A DNA stretch of 64,000 bases from positions 1 through 64,000 of the forward strand of contig BTVJ01000019.1 in assembly GCA_045863395.1 (NCBI GenBank), given 5' to 3'. A model generated the notes under the pieces. That model saw only the letters and a program-made list of their open reading frames with translations, did no database searches and was not told where the DNA came from. This stretch comes from Myxococcales bacterium. Lineage in GTDB: Bacteria > Myxococcota_A > UBA9042 > JABWCM01 > BTVJ01. This document shows positions 1-11,585 of this stretch, piece by piece. How positions within the stretch are numbered: the first letter of the stretch is position 1; each line of letters starts with the position of its first letter. Position numbers and translations under genes: made by a program.

Positions 1-88
1 GGGCTCGGGGGTGTTTCTTGTGTAAAATATTCTGGTGTGCCGCCACGTAATTTTTTTTTTTTTCTAAACGCCCCCCCCCCCCCCACTT
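1..88. other. Low-complexity window/contig end (poly-T and poly-C tracts), probable sequencing or assembly artefact
   Basis: T-run at about 51-63 and C-run at 71-84. The composition is unlike the rest of the GC-rich coding window. Confidence 0.6.
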
Positions 89-1630
89 CTACATCTTCTC
101 GATGACGGGCCTGTACCCCTGGATCGCCGTGCGCTGCGTGTAGTGCGCGAGCCCCCGGAGGCCGCCGAGCTCCTCGCCCATACCGGCGCGACCCGGCCCC
201 CCATGCACCAACGTGGGGAACACCGCTCCCGGGCCTGGCGAGTGCTCCGCCACCTTCTCGCCGCCCAGGTAGACGCGGCCCAGCCAGGGCGCCAGGCCCA
301 AGCCCAAGGCTGCGGCGAAGTCCACGTCGTCGCTGTAGACCGACGACACGAGGCCACCCCGCCCCATGCGCACCAGGTCCACGGCATCCCCCACGGAGCC
401 GTCGTACCCGATCACCGTCGCCACGGGACCAAACACTTCGTCCGAGTGCAGCGCCGCAGCGCGGGAGTCATCGGCGCGCAGCAGCACGGGCGTGACGAAG
501 TAGCCGCGCCCGTCCTCGACCCCGGCGAGACCCGTGGGCTCCGTGGAGCCCCGCACGGGCCGCGCCACCCCAAGCAGCCGCGCCACCCCCGCCCGCACGT
601 GGGCGAGCTGCTGCGCCGACACGACGGGCCCCATGCGCACCTTGTCGAGGGCCGGGTCGCCAACGACCACCTCACCCAGGCGCTCGGACAACTCCTCCAC
701 GACCCGATCCACGTGCTCCCGGGGCACCAGCACCCGCCGGATTGCGGTGCACTTCTGTCCTGCCTTCTGCGTGACGTCCCGCACCACGTCGAAGAGGAAG
801 GACCCCCAGGTGTCGCCCTCCGGATCCACGTCCGGCCCCAGGACCGCGGCGTTCAGGCTGTCCGCCTCCACGGTCAATCGCACTCCCGCGTCCGCCGCAG
901 CGAGCTGCTGCCGGATGCGCGCCGCCGTTGCGCGCGACCCGGTGAAGGCGAGCAGATCCCCGAGCCGCAGGTGGCTCACGAGGTCCCCGGGCTCCCCCGA
1001 CACCAGCGACAACGCCCCCGCTGGCAACACACCCGCCTCGACGAACAGCTCGTGCATGCGCTCGGCGACCAGCGCGGTCGCCGGCGCGGGCTTCGTGACG
1101 ACCGGCACCCCGGCCAGCAGCGCCACGGCCGCCTTCTCGGCGTAGCCCCAGGCGGGGAAGTTGAACGCGTTGACGTGCAGCGCGACCCCGTGCAGAGGCA
1201 CGCGCACGTGCTGGCCGACGAAGCGGGGGCTCCGCGAGAGCTGCACCGGATCCCCGTCCAGCAAGTAGCGCCGGTCCCCGAGCTCCTTGCCCAGCGCCGC
1301 GTAGCTCATCAAGGTGCCCGAGGCGCCGTCCACGTCGAACTTGCCGTCTCCGCGGGTCGCCCCGTTGTTCTTCGTCGACAGGTCGAGCAGCTCGTCCCGG
1401 GCGCCATGAACGACCTTCGCCATGCGCGCGAGCGCCTCACCCCGCTCGGCGAAGCTCATGGCCCGCAGCGCCCCCCCGGCCGCCCGCGAAAACTCCAAGC
1501 CCCCGGCCAGGTCCAGCCCCTCCGTGCTGACCTCGGCGATGACCTCGCCCGTGGTCGGGTCATGGAGCGGCGTCGCCCTCCCCTCGCCCGCGACCCACTG
1601 CCCTCCGATGTGGCTCCTGACAACCTTCAT
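89..1630 (-). CDS. Aldehyde dehydrogenase, PaaZ/BoxD (3,4-dehydroadipyl-CoA semialdehyde dehydrogenase) type
   Basis: Motifs NAFNFP, FTGS, EADSLN, KAGQKCTAIRR (catalytic Cys), EVFGP, HGGPGRAG. GGAGGAG RBS before ATG at 1630. Confidence 0.9.
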   Translation of the reverse strand: MKVVRSHIGGQWVAGEGRATPLHDPTTGEVIAEVSTEGLDLAGGLEFSRAAGGALRAMSFAERGEALARMAKVVHGARDELLDLSTKNNGATRGDGKFDVDGASGTLMSYAALGKELGDRRYLLDGDPVQLSRSPRFVGQHVRVPLHGVALHVNAFNFPAWGYAEKAAVALLAGVPVVTKPAPATALVAERMHELFVEAGVLPAGALSLVSGEPGDLVSHLRLGDLLAFTGSRATAARIRQQLAAADAGVRLTVEADSLNAAVLGPDVDPEGDTWGSFLFDVVRDVTQKAGQKCTAIRRVLVPREHVDRVVEELSERLGEVVVGDPALDKVRMGPVVSAQQLAHVRAGVARLLGVARPVRGSTEPTGLAGVEDGRGYFVTPVLLRADDSRAAALHSDEVFGPVATVIGYDGSVGDAVDLVRMGRGGLVSSVYSDDVDFAAALGLGLAPWLGRVYLGGEKVAEHSPGPGAVFPTLVHGGPGRAGMGEELGGLRGLAHYTQRTAIQGYRPVIEKM

Positions 1631-1649
1631 GCACACTCCTCCAAAGAGC

Positions 1650-3650
1650 TCACTCCACCGAGATCACGACGGTGTCAATCGCCGTCTTGCCCGCATCGTC
1701 CTTCACCGCGAACGTGACCGTGTACTCACCCGCCCCCTCGAACACGTGGACCACCTCGGCGTTCACCCCATCCTTCGGGTCGGGCACCGCGAGGTCGTCG
1801 CTCCCGTCGCCGAAGCTCCACCACGACTCCACCAGCGCGCCGTGCCCGTGGCCGACGAACTCCACCTCCAGCGGCGCCTGGCCGGTCGTCGGCTTGACGC
1901 TGGCGATGTGGGCGACGGGCAGCCAGCCGGCGGGCTCCCCGACGACGACGGTGAAGAGCGTCTGGCCGTGCCGCCCCAGGTCGTCGACCACCGTGAGCAT
2001 GCCCGTGATGGTGCCCGGGTGCTCGAAGGTGTGGGTGACCTCGGCCCCCTCCGGGTGACCGTCATGGGGCCCGAGCTCCCAGTGGCGCTTGACGATCTTC
2101 GTCGCCGGCGGGCTCCACGACGATCCCTCCGCGCTCAGCGTGACCGTCAGCGGCGCGTCCCCGGACGCCGGCTCCGCGCTGGCAACCGCCTGCGGCGCAT
2201 CACAGGCGTCCACCGGCTGGATTCGCCAGATCTCGCCGCTCAGGTGCTCTCCGACGTACACGAACCCGGCCGGGTCCTGCGCCACGAGGACGGGCTTCCC
2301 CACGTAGGGCAGGACGTCTCCCTCCCACCCCAGCAGGCCAGGCGCACCGGCGGCGTCCTTCAGGTGGATGCGCCGCAGATCCCCGTCGCCCCAGCTCGCC
2401 AGCAGGACGTCCCCACGCAGGGAGGGCATCAGCCCCCCCGCGTAGACGACGAGCTTGACGGGGGCGATGGTCGGCGTCCAGCTCACCACGGGGTCAGTGA
2501 CGCCCGGCAGCCCCAGCTTCCCCGCGCCGACGTTCCACCCCAGGTTGCCGCCCTTCGGGATCCAGTTGAGCTCGTCACCGAAGGAGGGGCCGTTCTCGCT
2601 CTGGTACAGCTCCCCCGTATCCGGGTGCACGGCCAGCCCGAAGCCCTGCCGCACGCCGCACGCCCAGATGACGTCCGGGATGCCATCGCCAGCCGCCACG
2701 AAGGGGTTGTCCGGCGGGACGCTGCCGTCCCGCTCGATGCGCAGGATGCAGCCAGCGACGTTGGAGAAGTCCTGGGCGTTGGGCGGCGTCGTCGCGTCCC
2801 CGAGGCCCACGAACAGCCGCTTGTCGAGCCCGAACGCGAGCCCTCCGCCGTTGTGGGTCTGCGTGCCGCCCGGGAGCCCGTCGATCAGCACCTGGAAGGC
2901 CCCGGCATCGACCGTGTCCGCCGAAGCGTCATAGCGGATCACCCGCTGCTGGGTGTTCCCGAACACGGTCGGCTGCCCGGGCGCGTTCACCACCCTCGTG
3001 GTGCCGTCCGGCGCGGTCTCCAGTGCGAACGGGCAGTCGAGCTTGTCGCACTCGCCCGGCTCCGCTGGCTCGCCGGGCGTCGTCACATAGCTCTGAAACA
3101 GGTAGACCCACGGGCTCGCCGGAAAGTCCGGGTCGAAGGCGATGCCCAGGAGCCCCGTCTCGATCCAGGCGTCCGACGTGTCGGGCACCGTGGTGAACGG
3201 CGCATCCAGCAGCGCGCCGTCGCGGACCACGCGGATGGTGCCGTTCTTCTGCACGACGAGGGCCCGGCCGCTCGGGTCGAAGGCCATGTCCACGACCTGG
3301 ATCTCGTCCAGCCCGGTGACGAACAGCTTGCGCTCCAGGCCAGGCAGCCGCTCTCCGCAGTCGTCAGGGCCACCCGCGGCGTCTCCCCCCCCGTCCGTCG
3401 CGTCCGGGCCGGCCCCGCCGTCGGCACCACCGCCGCCTCCACCGTCCCCAGCGCCATCGCCAGCGCCAGCGCCACTCCCGCCGCCGTCGCCCGGCCCCAC
3501 GGCGTCCACTCCGCCGTCAGGCCCGGAGGCATCGGCTCCCGCGTCCGCCAGGGCGTCCCCCGCATCGCCCGTCGCGCCCGTCACGGGCGGCGGACCGCAG
3601 CCGATGATCACCGTCGCACAGAGCAGCGCCGCGCACGTTCCCAATCGCAT
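1650..3650 (-). CDS. Lipoprotein: PQQ-dependent sugar (glucose/sorbosone) dehydrogenase beta-propeller plus two C-terminal PKD domains
   Basis: Lipobox IIGC after GGAGG-ATG at 3650. Motifs ETGLLGIAFDPDF, HNGGGLAFG, PPDNPF, DELN...GGNLGW. PKD motifs GDAPLTVTL and WSFGDG...HVFEGAGEYTV. Confidence 0.85.
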   Translation of the reverse strand: MRLGTCAALLCATVIIGCGPPPVTGATGDAGDALADAGADASGPDGGVDAVGPGDGGGSGAGAGDGAGDGGGGGGADGGAGPDATDGGGDAAGGPDDCGERLPGLERKLFVTGLDEIQVVDMAFDPSGRALVVQKNGTIRVVRDGALLDAPFTTVPDTSDAWIETGLLGIAFDPDFPASPWVYLFQSYVTTPGEPAEPGECDKLDCPFALETAPDGTTRVVNAPGQPTVFGNTQQRVIRYDASADTVDAGAFQVLIDGLPGGTQTHNGGGLAFGLDKRLFVGLGDATTPPNAQDFSNVAGCILRIERDGSVPPDNPFVAAGDGIPDVIWACGVRQGFGLAVHPDTGELYQSENGPSFGDELNWIPKGGNLGWNVGAGKLGLPGVTDPVVSWTPTIAPVKLVVYAGGLMPSLRGDVLLASWGDGDLRRIHLKDAAGAPGLLGWEGDVLPYVGKPVLVAQDPAGFVYVGEHLSGEIWRIQPVDACDAPQAVASAEPASGDAPLTVTLSAEGSSWSPPATKIVKRHWELGPHDGHPEGAEVTHTFEHPGTITGMLTVVDDLGRHGQTLFTVVVGEPAGWLPVAHIASVKPTTGQAPLEVEFVGHGHGALVESWWSFGDGSDDLAVPDPKDGVNAEVVHVFEGAGEYTVTFAVKDDAGKTAIDTVVISVE

Positions 3651-3724
3651 GGTCATCCTCCGGGGCCGCCGCATCCTACCCGCCGCGAGCACAAAACGCC
3701 ACCCTCGCCGCCGCCCCTCGACGC

Positions 3725-3741
3725 TGCTACCATGCGCGCCC
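3725..3741 (+). promoter_or_regulatory. Extended -10 (TGc-TACCAT) 8 nt before the rluA-like start; probable leaderless promoter
   Basis: TGCTACCAT at 3725-3733, ATG at 3742, no Shine-Dalgarno. Confidence 0.5.
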
Positions 3742-4422
3742 ATGGCCGACCTGGACTCCATGCTCCTGTACGAGGACAACCACCTGCTGGTCCTGCGCAA
3801 GCCCGCCGGCATGCTGGTCCAGGGGGACCGGACGGGCGATCCGTCCCTCCTCGACGAGGCCAAGGCGTGGCTCAAGGTCCGCCACGGGCGGCCCGGCGAC
3901 GTGTTCCTGGGCCTGGTCCACCGCCTGGACCGCACCGTCGGGGGCGTCATGGTCTTCGCCCGCACGTCCAAGGCAGCGGCCCGCCTGTCGGAGCAGCTCC
4001 GCGGCCGCAGTGTGGAGAAGGAGTACCTGGCGGTCGTGCGAGGCCTCCCCGACCCACCGGCCGCCACGTCGGTCATGTACCTGACGCTGGATCACGGGCG
4101 GAGCCGTGTCGCCCCCGAGGCCGCGCCCGGCGCCCTGCGAGCCGAGCTCTCCTACCGGGTCGTCGAGGCCGGCCCGACCACGTCGCGCCTCCTGGTGGAC
4201 CTGGGGACCGGACGCCACCACCAGATTCGGGCGCAGTTCGCGGCGCTGGGACACCCGATCCTCGGCGACCTGCGCTACGGCCCCAAGGTGAGGACCCGCG
4301 AGCGGCTTCGCTCCATCGGCTTGTATGCGGTGCGCCTGGCCTTCAGTCACCCCACCCGGGACGAGCGCGTGGAGTTCAGCGTCGAGCCCCCAGCCGACTG
4401 GCCGTGGCTGCCCTTGAGATAG
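3742..4422 (+). CDS. RluA-family RNA pseudouridine synthase
   Basis: Motifs LYEDNHLLVLRKPAG, VHRLDRTVGG (catalytic Asp), TGRHHQIR, HPILGDLRYG. Confidence 0.92.
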   Translation: MADLDSMLLYEDNHLLVLRKPAGMLVQGDRTGDPSLLDEAKAWLKVRHGRPGDVFLGLVHRLDRTVGGVMVFARTSKAAARLSEQLRGRSVEKEYLAVVRGLPDPPAATSVMYLTLDHGRSRVAPEAAPGALRAELSYRVVEAGPTTSRLLVDLGTGRHHQIRAQFAALGHPILGDLRYGPKVRTRERLRSIGLYAVRLAFSHPTRDERVEFSVEPPADWPWLPLR

Positions 4423-4635
4423 TCAGCGGCTGGAGCGGAGGGAGCGGAGGCCGACGAGAGTGGCGCCGAGGATGAGCACCCAGACCAGGGGGGGAACCCG
4501 CTCGCGGGACTGACCGCCCGGCACCGAGAGGGGGATGTTGGTCCCGCTGTTGCCGGCAGGCTGCGCGGAGGCCACGGGACCAACCGACCCCAGCGCCAGC
4601 ACCAGCAATATCGCCCTGAGAACCCGTGCACCCAT
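4423..4635 (-). CDS. 70-aa exported/membrane microprotein (signal peptide, short linker, C-terminal TM helix, basic tail)
   Basis: GAGGG RBS, ASA signal-peptidase site, PPLVWVLILGATLVGLRSLRSSR tail and an upstream sigma54 site. Confidence 0.65.
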   Translation of the reverse strand: MGARVLRAILLVLALGSVGPVASAQPAGNSGTNIPLSVPGGQSRERVPPLVWVLILGATLVGLRSLRSSR

Positions 4636-4662
4636 GGTGTCGCCCTCGTTGCTCGAGCAGCT

Positions 4663-4678
4663 AGCACGACCCGTGCCA
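4663..4678 (-). promoter_or_regulatory. Sigma54 (-24/-12) promoter
   Basis: Minus strand reads TGGCACGGGTCGTGCT, giving GG-N10-GC with one mismatch to the TGGCACGNNNNTTGC consensus. It lies 27 nt upstream of the ATG at 4635. Confidence 0.7.
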
Positions 4679-4793
4679 CTCCCGTCGCGGCGACACGCAC
4701 TCGTTTCTCATGCAAATGCTTGAGGTTGGAAACATCCCGGCGGTCCCCCTGCGGAGCGACCGCGACATCCGTGTCAGCCACCGCCGCAATCCG

Positions 4794-6362
4794 TCACAGG
4801 GCCTTCCACGCGAACCGGAGCTGCACGGCCTGATCGATCTGCGTGTCGGGGCTGAGCGCCGGGTCGTCCTTGACCCGCAGGACGTAGTTGAGCGACGCGA
4901 AGGAGGCGATGCGCAGGGCGACCGTGGTCCGCAGGCTGATCACCGGCTCGTCCCAGGCGTCGAAGGGCTCCAGCATGTCGAACTCCACGTTGAGCGCCAC
5001 GTAGCGGGTGGCGAGCACGTCCAGCACCACGGCCGCCTCGATGCCCACCTGGCCCACGTCCGGCACCCGGTGGAGCTCCAGCTCCGGGGTGTCCGAGTCA
5101 TCCACCTGCACGAACAGGTCTCGCGTGAACACCTGCCTCCCACCGACCCCGATGCGGGTGCTCAGGTCGAACCAGTAGTCCGGCGACCAGGTGAAGCGTC
5201 CGCCCGCCCCGTACCACACCTCGATGGGCGACGCGGGTCCGGCCAGCTCGACGCTCTCGGCCTCCTTCTCGGTGTCGATGACCGTGCCGTCCGTGTCCAG
5301 CTTCACCGTGTCTCGCGGCGAGTCCAGCTTCTCGTAGCCCGGCACCAGGTTGGTCTCCAGGGCGGCCCGCACGTAGGGGCCGAACCAGTCCGTCACCTTG
5401 TAGACATAGAGCAGGTCCAGCTCCAGCTCGTCGGTGGTCGCGATGTAGGGGGCATCGGGCAGCGTGATGTCGCCGCCCTCCTCGATGTTCAGGCGAAAGT
5501 AGGCGAGGTGCTCCGGGTCGTTGTACCGGAGCAGCGTCTCGACGAAGGCCGACAGGTTCACGGTGCTCGCCGAGCCCTTGCCCACCACGTTGTCGCTGCG
5601 CAGGAACTGGACGCTCCCGCCGAGCACCAGATCGATGTTCCAGCCGGACGTCGTCTCCGTGGCGTCGCCCCCGATGAGCACCTCGCCCGCCCCTTGCAAA
5701 TCGCCCGTCTCCTCGTTGACGACCAGGGTGTAGCGCACCAGCTCCCCGGGCGCGAGGCGCAGGGTGAAGAAGTTCTTGCGCGCCTGGTAGCTCTCCCCCT
5801 CGCCGAGGATCATGTACCTCCCCGGGCGCAGGAGCCATGTGCGGAGCTGCTCCCCCTCGGCGATCTCGGCGCCCAGGCCGATGCCCACGTACTCGAAGTC
5901 GGGCAGGTGCACGAGCTCGTAGGAACGCCGGATGGACGACCCCCGCTCGTTGATCACGTTGACCACGAGGCCCGCCCACTCCACGGGCACAAAGGTCGTC
6001 CGCCCCTCGACCACGGTCGCCTCGAACTCCAGGCGCGCCTCGGGCACGCCCGAGCCCACGAGCACGGTGTACTCGCCCGGGAGGACCCACGCCCTCTCTC
6101 CTGGCTGCTTGCGCGCCACCACCTTGTCGCGGCGCATGACGATGTAGGCCGGCTCCACCAGCGGATCGGTCATGGCAGGCACGAAGATCGCCCCCTTCCC
6201 CGCCGGGTCCAGCGCGGGGTCCCGCTCCGCCTGCTCCGCGGGGCGAGGCTGGAGCCAGGTGCCGCTGCCGCCGTGGGGGTCGCCCTCGACCTCCGGGGCC
6301 TCGTCGGCGCGGGCGCTCCCCATCACCAGGAGCACCGCCAGGGCCGCAATCGCCCGCCTCAT
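4794..6362 (-). CDS. Putative outer-membrane beta-barrel protein with N-terminal periplasmic beta-domains
   Basis: Signal peptide (ARA-D). Alternating hydrophobic strands in the C-terminal half, ending QLRFAWKAL. ATGA-coupled to the upstream lipoprotein gene. Confidence 0.7.
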   Translation of the reverse strand: MRRAIAALAVLLVMGSARADEAPEVEGDPHGGSGTWLQPRPAEQAERDPALDPAGKGAIFVPAMTDPLVEPAYIVMRRDKVVARKQPGERAWVLPGEYTVLVGSGVPEARLEFEATVVEGRTTFVPVEWAGLVVNVINERGSSIRRSYELVHLPDFEYVGIGLGAEIAEGEQLRTWLLRPGRYMILGEGESYQARKNFFTLRLAPGELVRYTLVVNEETGDLQGAGEVLIGGDATETTSGWNIDLVLGGSVQFLRSDNVVGKGSASTVNLSAFVETLLRYNDPEHLAYFRLNIEEGGDITLPDAPYIATTDELELDLLYVYKVTDWFGPYVRAALETNLVPGYEKLDSPRDTVKLDTDGTVIDTEKEAESVELAGPASPIEVWYGAGGRFTWSPDYWFDLSTRIGVGGRQVFTRDLFVQVDDSDTPELELHRVPDVGQVGIEAAVVLDVLATRYVALNVEFDMLEPFDAWDEPVISLRTTVALRIASFASLNYVLRVKDDPALSPDTQIDQAVQLRFAWKAL

Positions 6363-7114
6363 CGCTTCAGCCTCGCCTTGGGCACCTTGTCCGACGGCGG
6401 CTTCGGCTGCTCGGTCTGAGGCGCAGGAGCGACCACCCCGGGGCCCGTGTCCGGCGTCGACTCGACGGGCGCCAGCACCGGCCTCGGGACGGCGGCGACT
6501 CCGAGGCGCCCCGCCTCCTCCGCCAGCTTGTCCCCCACCTGCACCGTCACGATGCGGAGCTGCTCCTCGAGGAGCGCGCTCATCGCCTTGACCACGAAGA
6601 CGGGCTCCCGCTCGTGGACCCGCTTCCGCTGGTCGAAGGCGTAGGTCCAGATGGCCTGCCCGTCGGCGTACCGGGTCATGGTCAGGCGCATGGCCAGGTG
6701 GGCGAACCACACCTCGTCGGCGTCCAGCTCCTCGATGGCCACGATCTCGCCCACCAGCTCGTAGTCGGGCAGCCGCTCCAGGATCTTGGTCGTGACCTCG
6801 CTGACCACCCCCGCGCGGGTCAGGTGGTCCGCGATCAGCTCCGCGATCATCTTCTGGGGCTTGGCCGCCCACAGCTTGAACCAGTAGTACTGGAACTCGT
6901 AGGGGCTGGTGCGGTAGACGATCTCCTGCTTGTCGTAGGCCAGCTTGATGTCCACGCGCTTGATGCGGAGGATGAACGGCCAGGTGGGCCCCTGGTAGGC
7001 CTTGGCCGCGTCCGCCACCGGGTACTGGAGCGAGAAGAACGTGCGCGGCGGGTTGGAGCCGCCGAAACAACCAGCCAACAGGACGGCCAGCACGAGGGGG
7101 ATGCACCGCGTCAT
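6359..7114 (-). CDS. ABC-transport auxiliary lipoprotein (PqiC-like)
   Basis: Lipobox LAGC; YDKQEIVYR...YYWFKLWAAKP pattern; position directly after the MCE gene. Confidence 0.8.
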   Translation of the reverse strand: MTRCIPLVLAVLLAGCFGGSNPPRTFFSLQYPVADAAKAYQGPTWPFILRIKRVDIKLAYDKQEIVYRTSPYEFQYYWFKLWAAKPQKMIAELIADHLTRAGVVSEVTTKILERLPDYELVGEIVAIEELDADEVWFAHLAMRLTMTRYADGQAIWTYAFDQRKRVHEREPVFVVKAMSALLEEQLRIVTVQVGDKLAEEAGRLGVAAVPRPVLAPVESTPDTGPGVVAPAPQTEQPKPPSDKVPKARLKR

Positions 7115-8151
7115 GGCAGGCTCCGCTCCTGGAGTCGCCGGCCACCGATGAGGGCGCTCGGGTCATCCCGCAGGGTGGTCGCAAACTCGGCGAAGCTCTC
7201 GACGCCGATGACCAGCACGTCCAGCGCCTTGAGCAGGTCGTCCCGCGCGCGCAGCAGCGTCACGTCGGCGTTGTCCACGAGCTGCGTGGAGCGGTCGGCG
7301 AGCTTCGTGTAGCTGGCGATGGCCGCGCCCAGCTCCTGCTTGCCGAGGCGCGCGTCCAGGGTAGCTGCCGCCTTGTCGATGCGCGCCAGCGCCGAGTCCG
7401 CGCGCTCCAGCACCCCGCGCACCTGCGCCGGGTCGATGAGCGCCACCAGGTGGGCCCGCAGCCCCCCGACGGCGTCGCGCACGGCGGCCACGGTGTCCCG
7501 CGTCTCGCTGATGATCCCCGGCAGCTCGTCGCTGGCCAGCGCCACGTTGGTCATGACCCGGTCGATGTCCTTGGACTTGATCGCCACCAGCCGGTTGACC
7601 TGCCGCGTCACCTCCTCGAGCTCGCTCAGGGTGGTCGCGAGGCGCCGCTGGTTGTCGGGCCCCGTCAGCGCGATGAGGTTGGCGAGGGCCACGTCCACCT
7701 TGCGCACGATGACGCCCGCCTGGTCGGCCAGCATGTCGAGGGTGGAGAGCTCCGCCTCGATGCGCCCGCCCAGCTCCAGGGAGCCCGCCTCGTTGGTGCC
7801 CCCGATGAGCTCGATGAACTTGAGCCCCGTGATGCCCTGCATGTTGAGCACGGCCTTGGTGTCCCGCTTGATGGGCGTACCGCCGTCCACCGTGATGTGC
7901 ACCTGCACCTGGGTGACGTCGTCTGGGTTGATTCCCACTCTCTCGACCCGCCCGACGGCGACGCCGTTGTATTTGACCGGGGCGCCGGCCTCCAGGCCGC
8001 TCACCGACTGGTTGAAGTTGATGAAGTAGGGGTCGCGCGCCCGGAACAGCTCGACCCCGACGAGCAGCCCGATGGTCGAGACGAGCAGGAACGCGGCCAC
8101 GAGCAGGAACAGCCCGAGGCGCGCCCGCTGGGACGCGGTCAGGCGGCTCAT
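7111..8151 (-). CDS. mlaD: MCE/MlaD-family protein with long helical C-terminus
   Basis: N-terminal TM; SVSGLEAGAPVKYNGVAVGRV and QGITGLKFIEL; C-terminal DDPSALI. Confidence 0.9.
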   Translation of the reverse strand: MSRLTASQRARLGLFLLVAAFLLVSTIGLLVGVELFRARDPYFINFNQSVSGLEAGAPVKYNGVAVGRVERVGINPDDVTQVQVHITVDGGTPIKRDTKAVLNMQGITGLKFIELIGGTNEAGSLELGGRIEAELSTLDMLADQAGVIVRKVDVALANLIALTGPDNQRRLATTLSELEEVTRQVNRLVAIKSKDIDRVMTNVALASDELPGIISETRDTVAAVRDAVGGLRAHLVALIDPAQVRGVLERADSALARIDKAAATLDARLGKQELGAAIASYTKLADRSTQLVDNADVTLLRARDDLLKALDVLVIGVESFAEFATTLRDDPSALIGGRRLQERSLP

Positions 8152-8167
8152 GGCGCTCCACCCGCGG

Positions 8168-8959
8168 TCATGATCGCACCGCCAGGACGTCGAGCAGGGA
8201 GCGGCCCCGCGCCTCGTCCGCCGTGGCCACGCGCCCGAAGAAGCCGGTCAGCACCGGATCGCGAGACTCGTAGGCCTCCTGGGCGGGACCGTCGTAGTAC
8301 ACCCGCTTGTCGCGCAGCATGATGATGTGATCCGCGATGAGCTTGATGCTCGGCAGCTCGTGGGTCACGACCAGGACGGTCATGCGCAGCACCTCCTGCA
8401 GGTGTCGGATCAGCCGATCCAGGTTGGCGGCGGTCAAGGGGTCGAGGCCCGCAGACGGCTCGTCGCACAGCAGCAGCTCCGGGTCCAGCGCCAGGGCCCG
8501 CGCGAGCCCCGCCCGCTTGCGCATCCCCCCCGACAGCTCGCCGGGCAGCTTCCCCAGGGCGCCGCCGAGGGCGACCAGGCCCAGCTTGGTGCGGATCGCC
8601 TCGTCCACGACCCCCCCGGGCAGGTTCGTGTGGGCCTTGAAGGGGATCTCCAGGTTCTCGCGCAGGCTCAGGCTGTTGAGGAGGGCGCCGTCCTGAAAGA
8701 GCAGCCCCACCCGCGAGAGCAGCGCGCTGCGCTCCTCGTCGTCCAGGGCGTAGGGGTCCTGGCCGAGCACGCGCACCCGCCCGCGGAGCGGGGGCAGGAG
8801 GCCGACCACACACTTCAGGAAGGTCGACTTGCCGCTGCCGGACCCCCCGATGACGCAGGTCAGACGCCCCCGAGGCACCCGGACCGTGACCCCATCCAGG
8901 ATCAGCCCGGCCCCGTAGCCCGCCGTCAGGTCCTCTGTCTCTATGACCCAGTCGTCCAC
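8168..8959 (-). CDS. mlaF: ABC transporter ATP-binding protein (MlaF/Mkl type)
   Basis: Walker A GGSGSGKS, FQDGALL, LSGGMRKRAGLARA, CDEPSAGLDP, VTHE. Start placed at GTG 8959 (ATG 8968 is an alternative). Confidence 0.9.
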   Translation of the reverse strand: MDDWVIETEDLTAGYGAGLILDGVTVRVPRGRLTCVIGGSGSGKSTFLKCVVGLLPPLRGRVRVLGQDPYALDDEERSALLSRVGLLFQDGALLNSLSLRENLEIPFKAHTNLPGGVVDEAIRTKLGLVALGGALGKLPGELSGGMRKRAGLARALALDPELLLCDEPSAGLDPLTAANLDRLIRHLQEVLRMTVLVVTHELPSIKLIADHIIMLRDKRVYYDGPAQEAYESRDPVLTGFFGRVATADEARGRSLLDVLAVRS

Positions 8960-8966
8960 GGCGGGC

Positions 8967-8995
8967 ATGATGGCCCAAGGGCGCCGCGGTGTCCA
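8967..8995 (-). promoter_or_regulatory. Sigma70-type promoter for mlaF (leaderless)
   Basis: TGGACA (8995-8990), 17-nt spacer, CATCAT (8972-8967), 7 nt, then GTG. Confidence 0.5.
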
Positions 8996-9104
8996 TCCGA
9001 GCACCCGGGCGCGACGGCAGTGGAGCGAGCGGGGAGTGGCGCTTCTGGCCCACACTCCCGGCGGCGAATATCCTGCTTGTTGGAGCCGCAGCGGCAAGCG
9101 CGGG

Positions 9105-9132
9105 TTGACGCCCGGGGATCCCGCCCTAAGTT
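9105..9132 (+). promoter_or_regulatory. Putative sigma70 promoter of lon
   Basis: TTGACG-N16-TAAGTT upstream of an AGGAG RBS. Confidence 0.45.
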
Positions 9133-9179
9133 GCGCGTCCCTCCCCCGCTTCGGGGGCCGGACGACTCAGGAGACCTCG

Positions 9180-11585
<2,406 letters not shown>

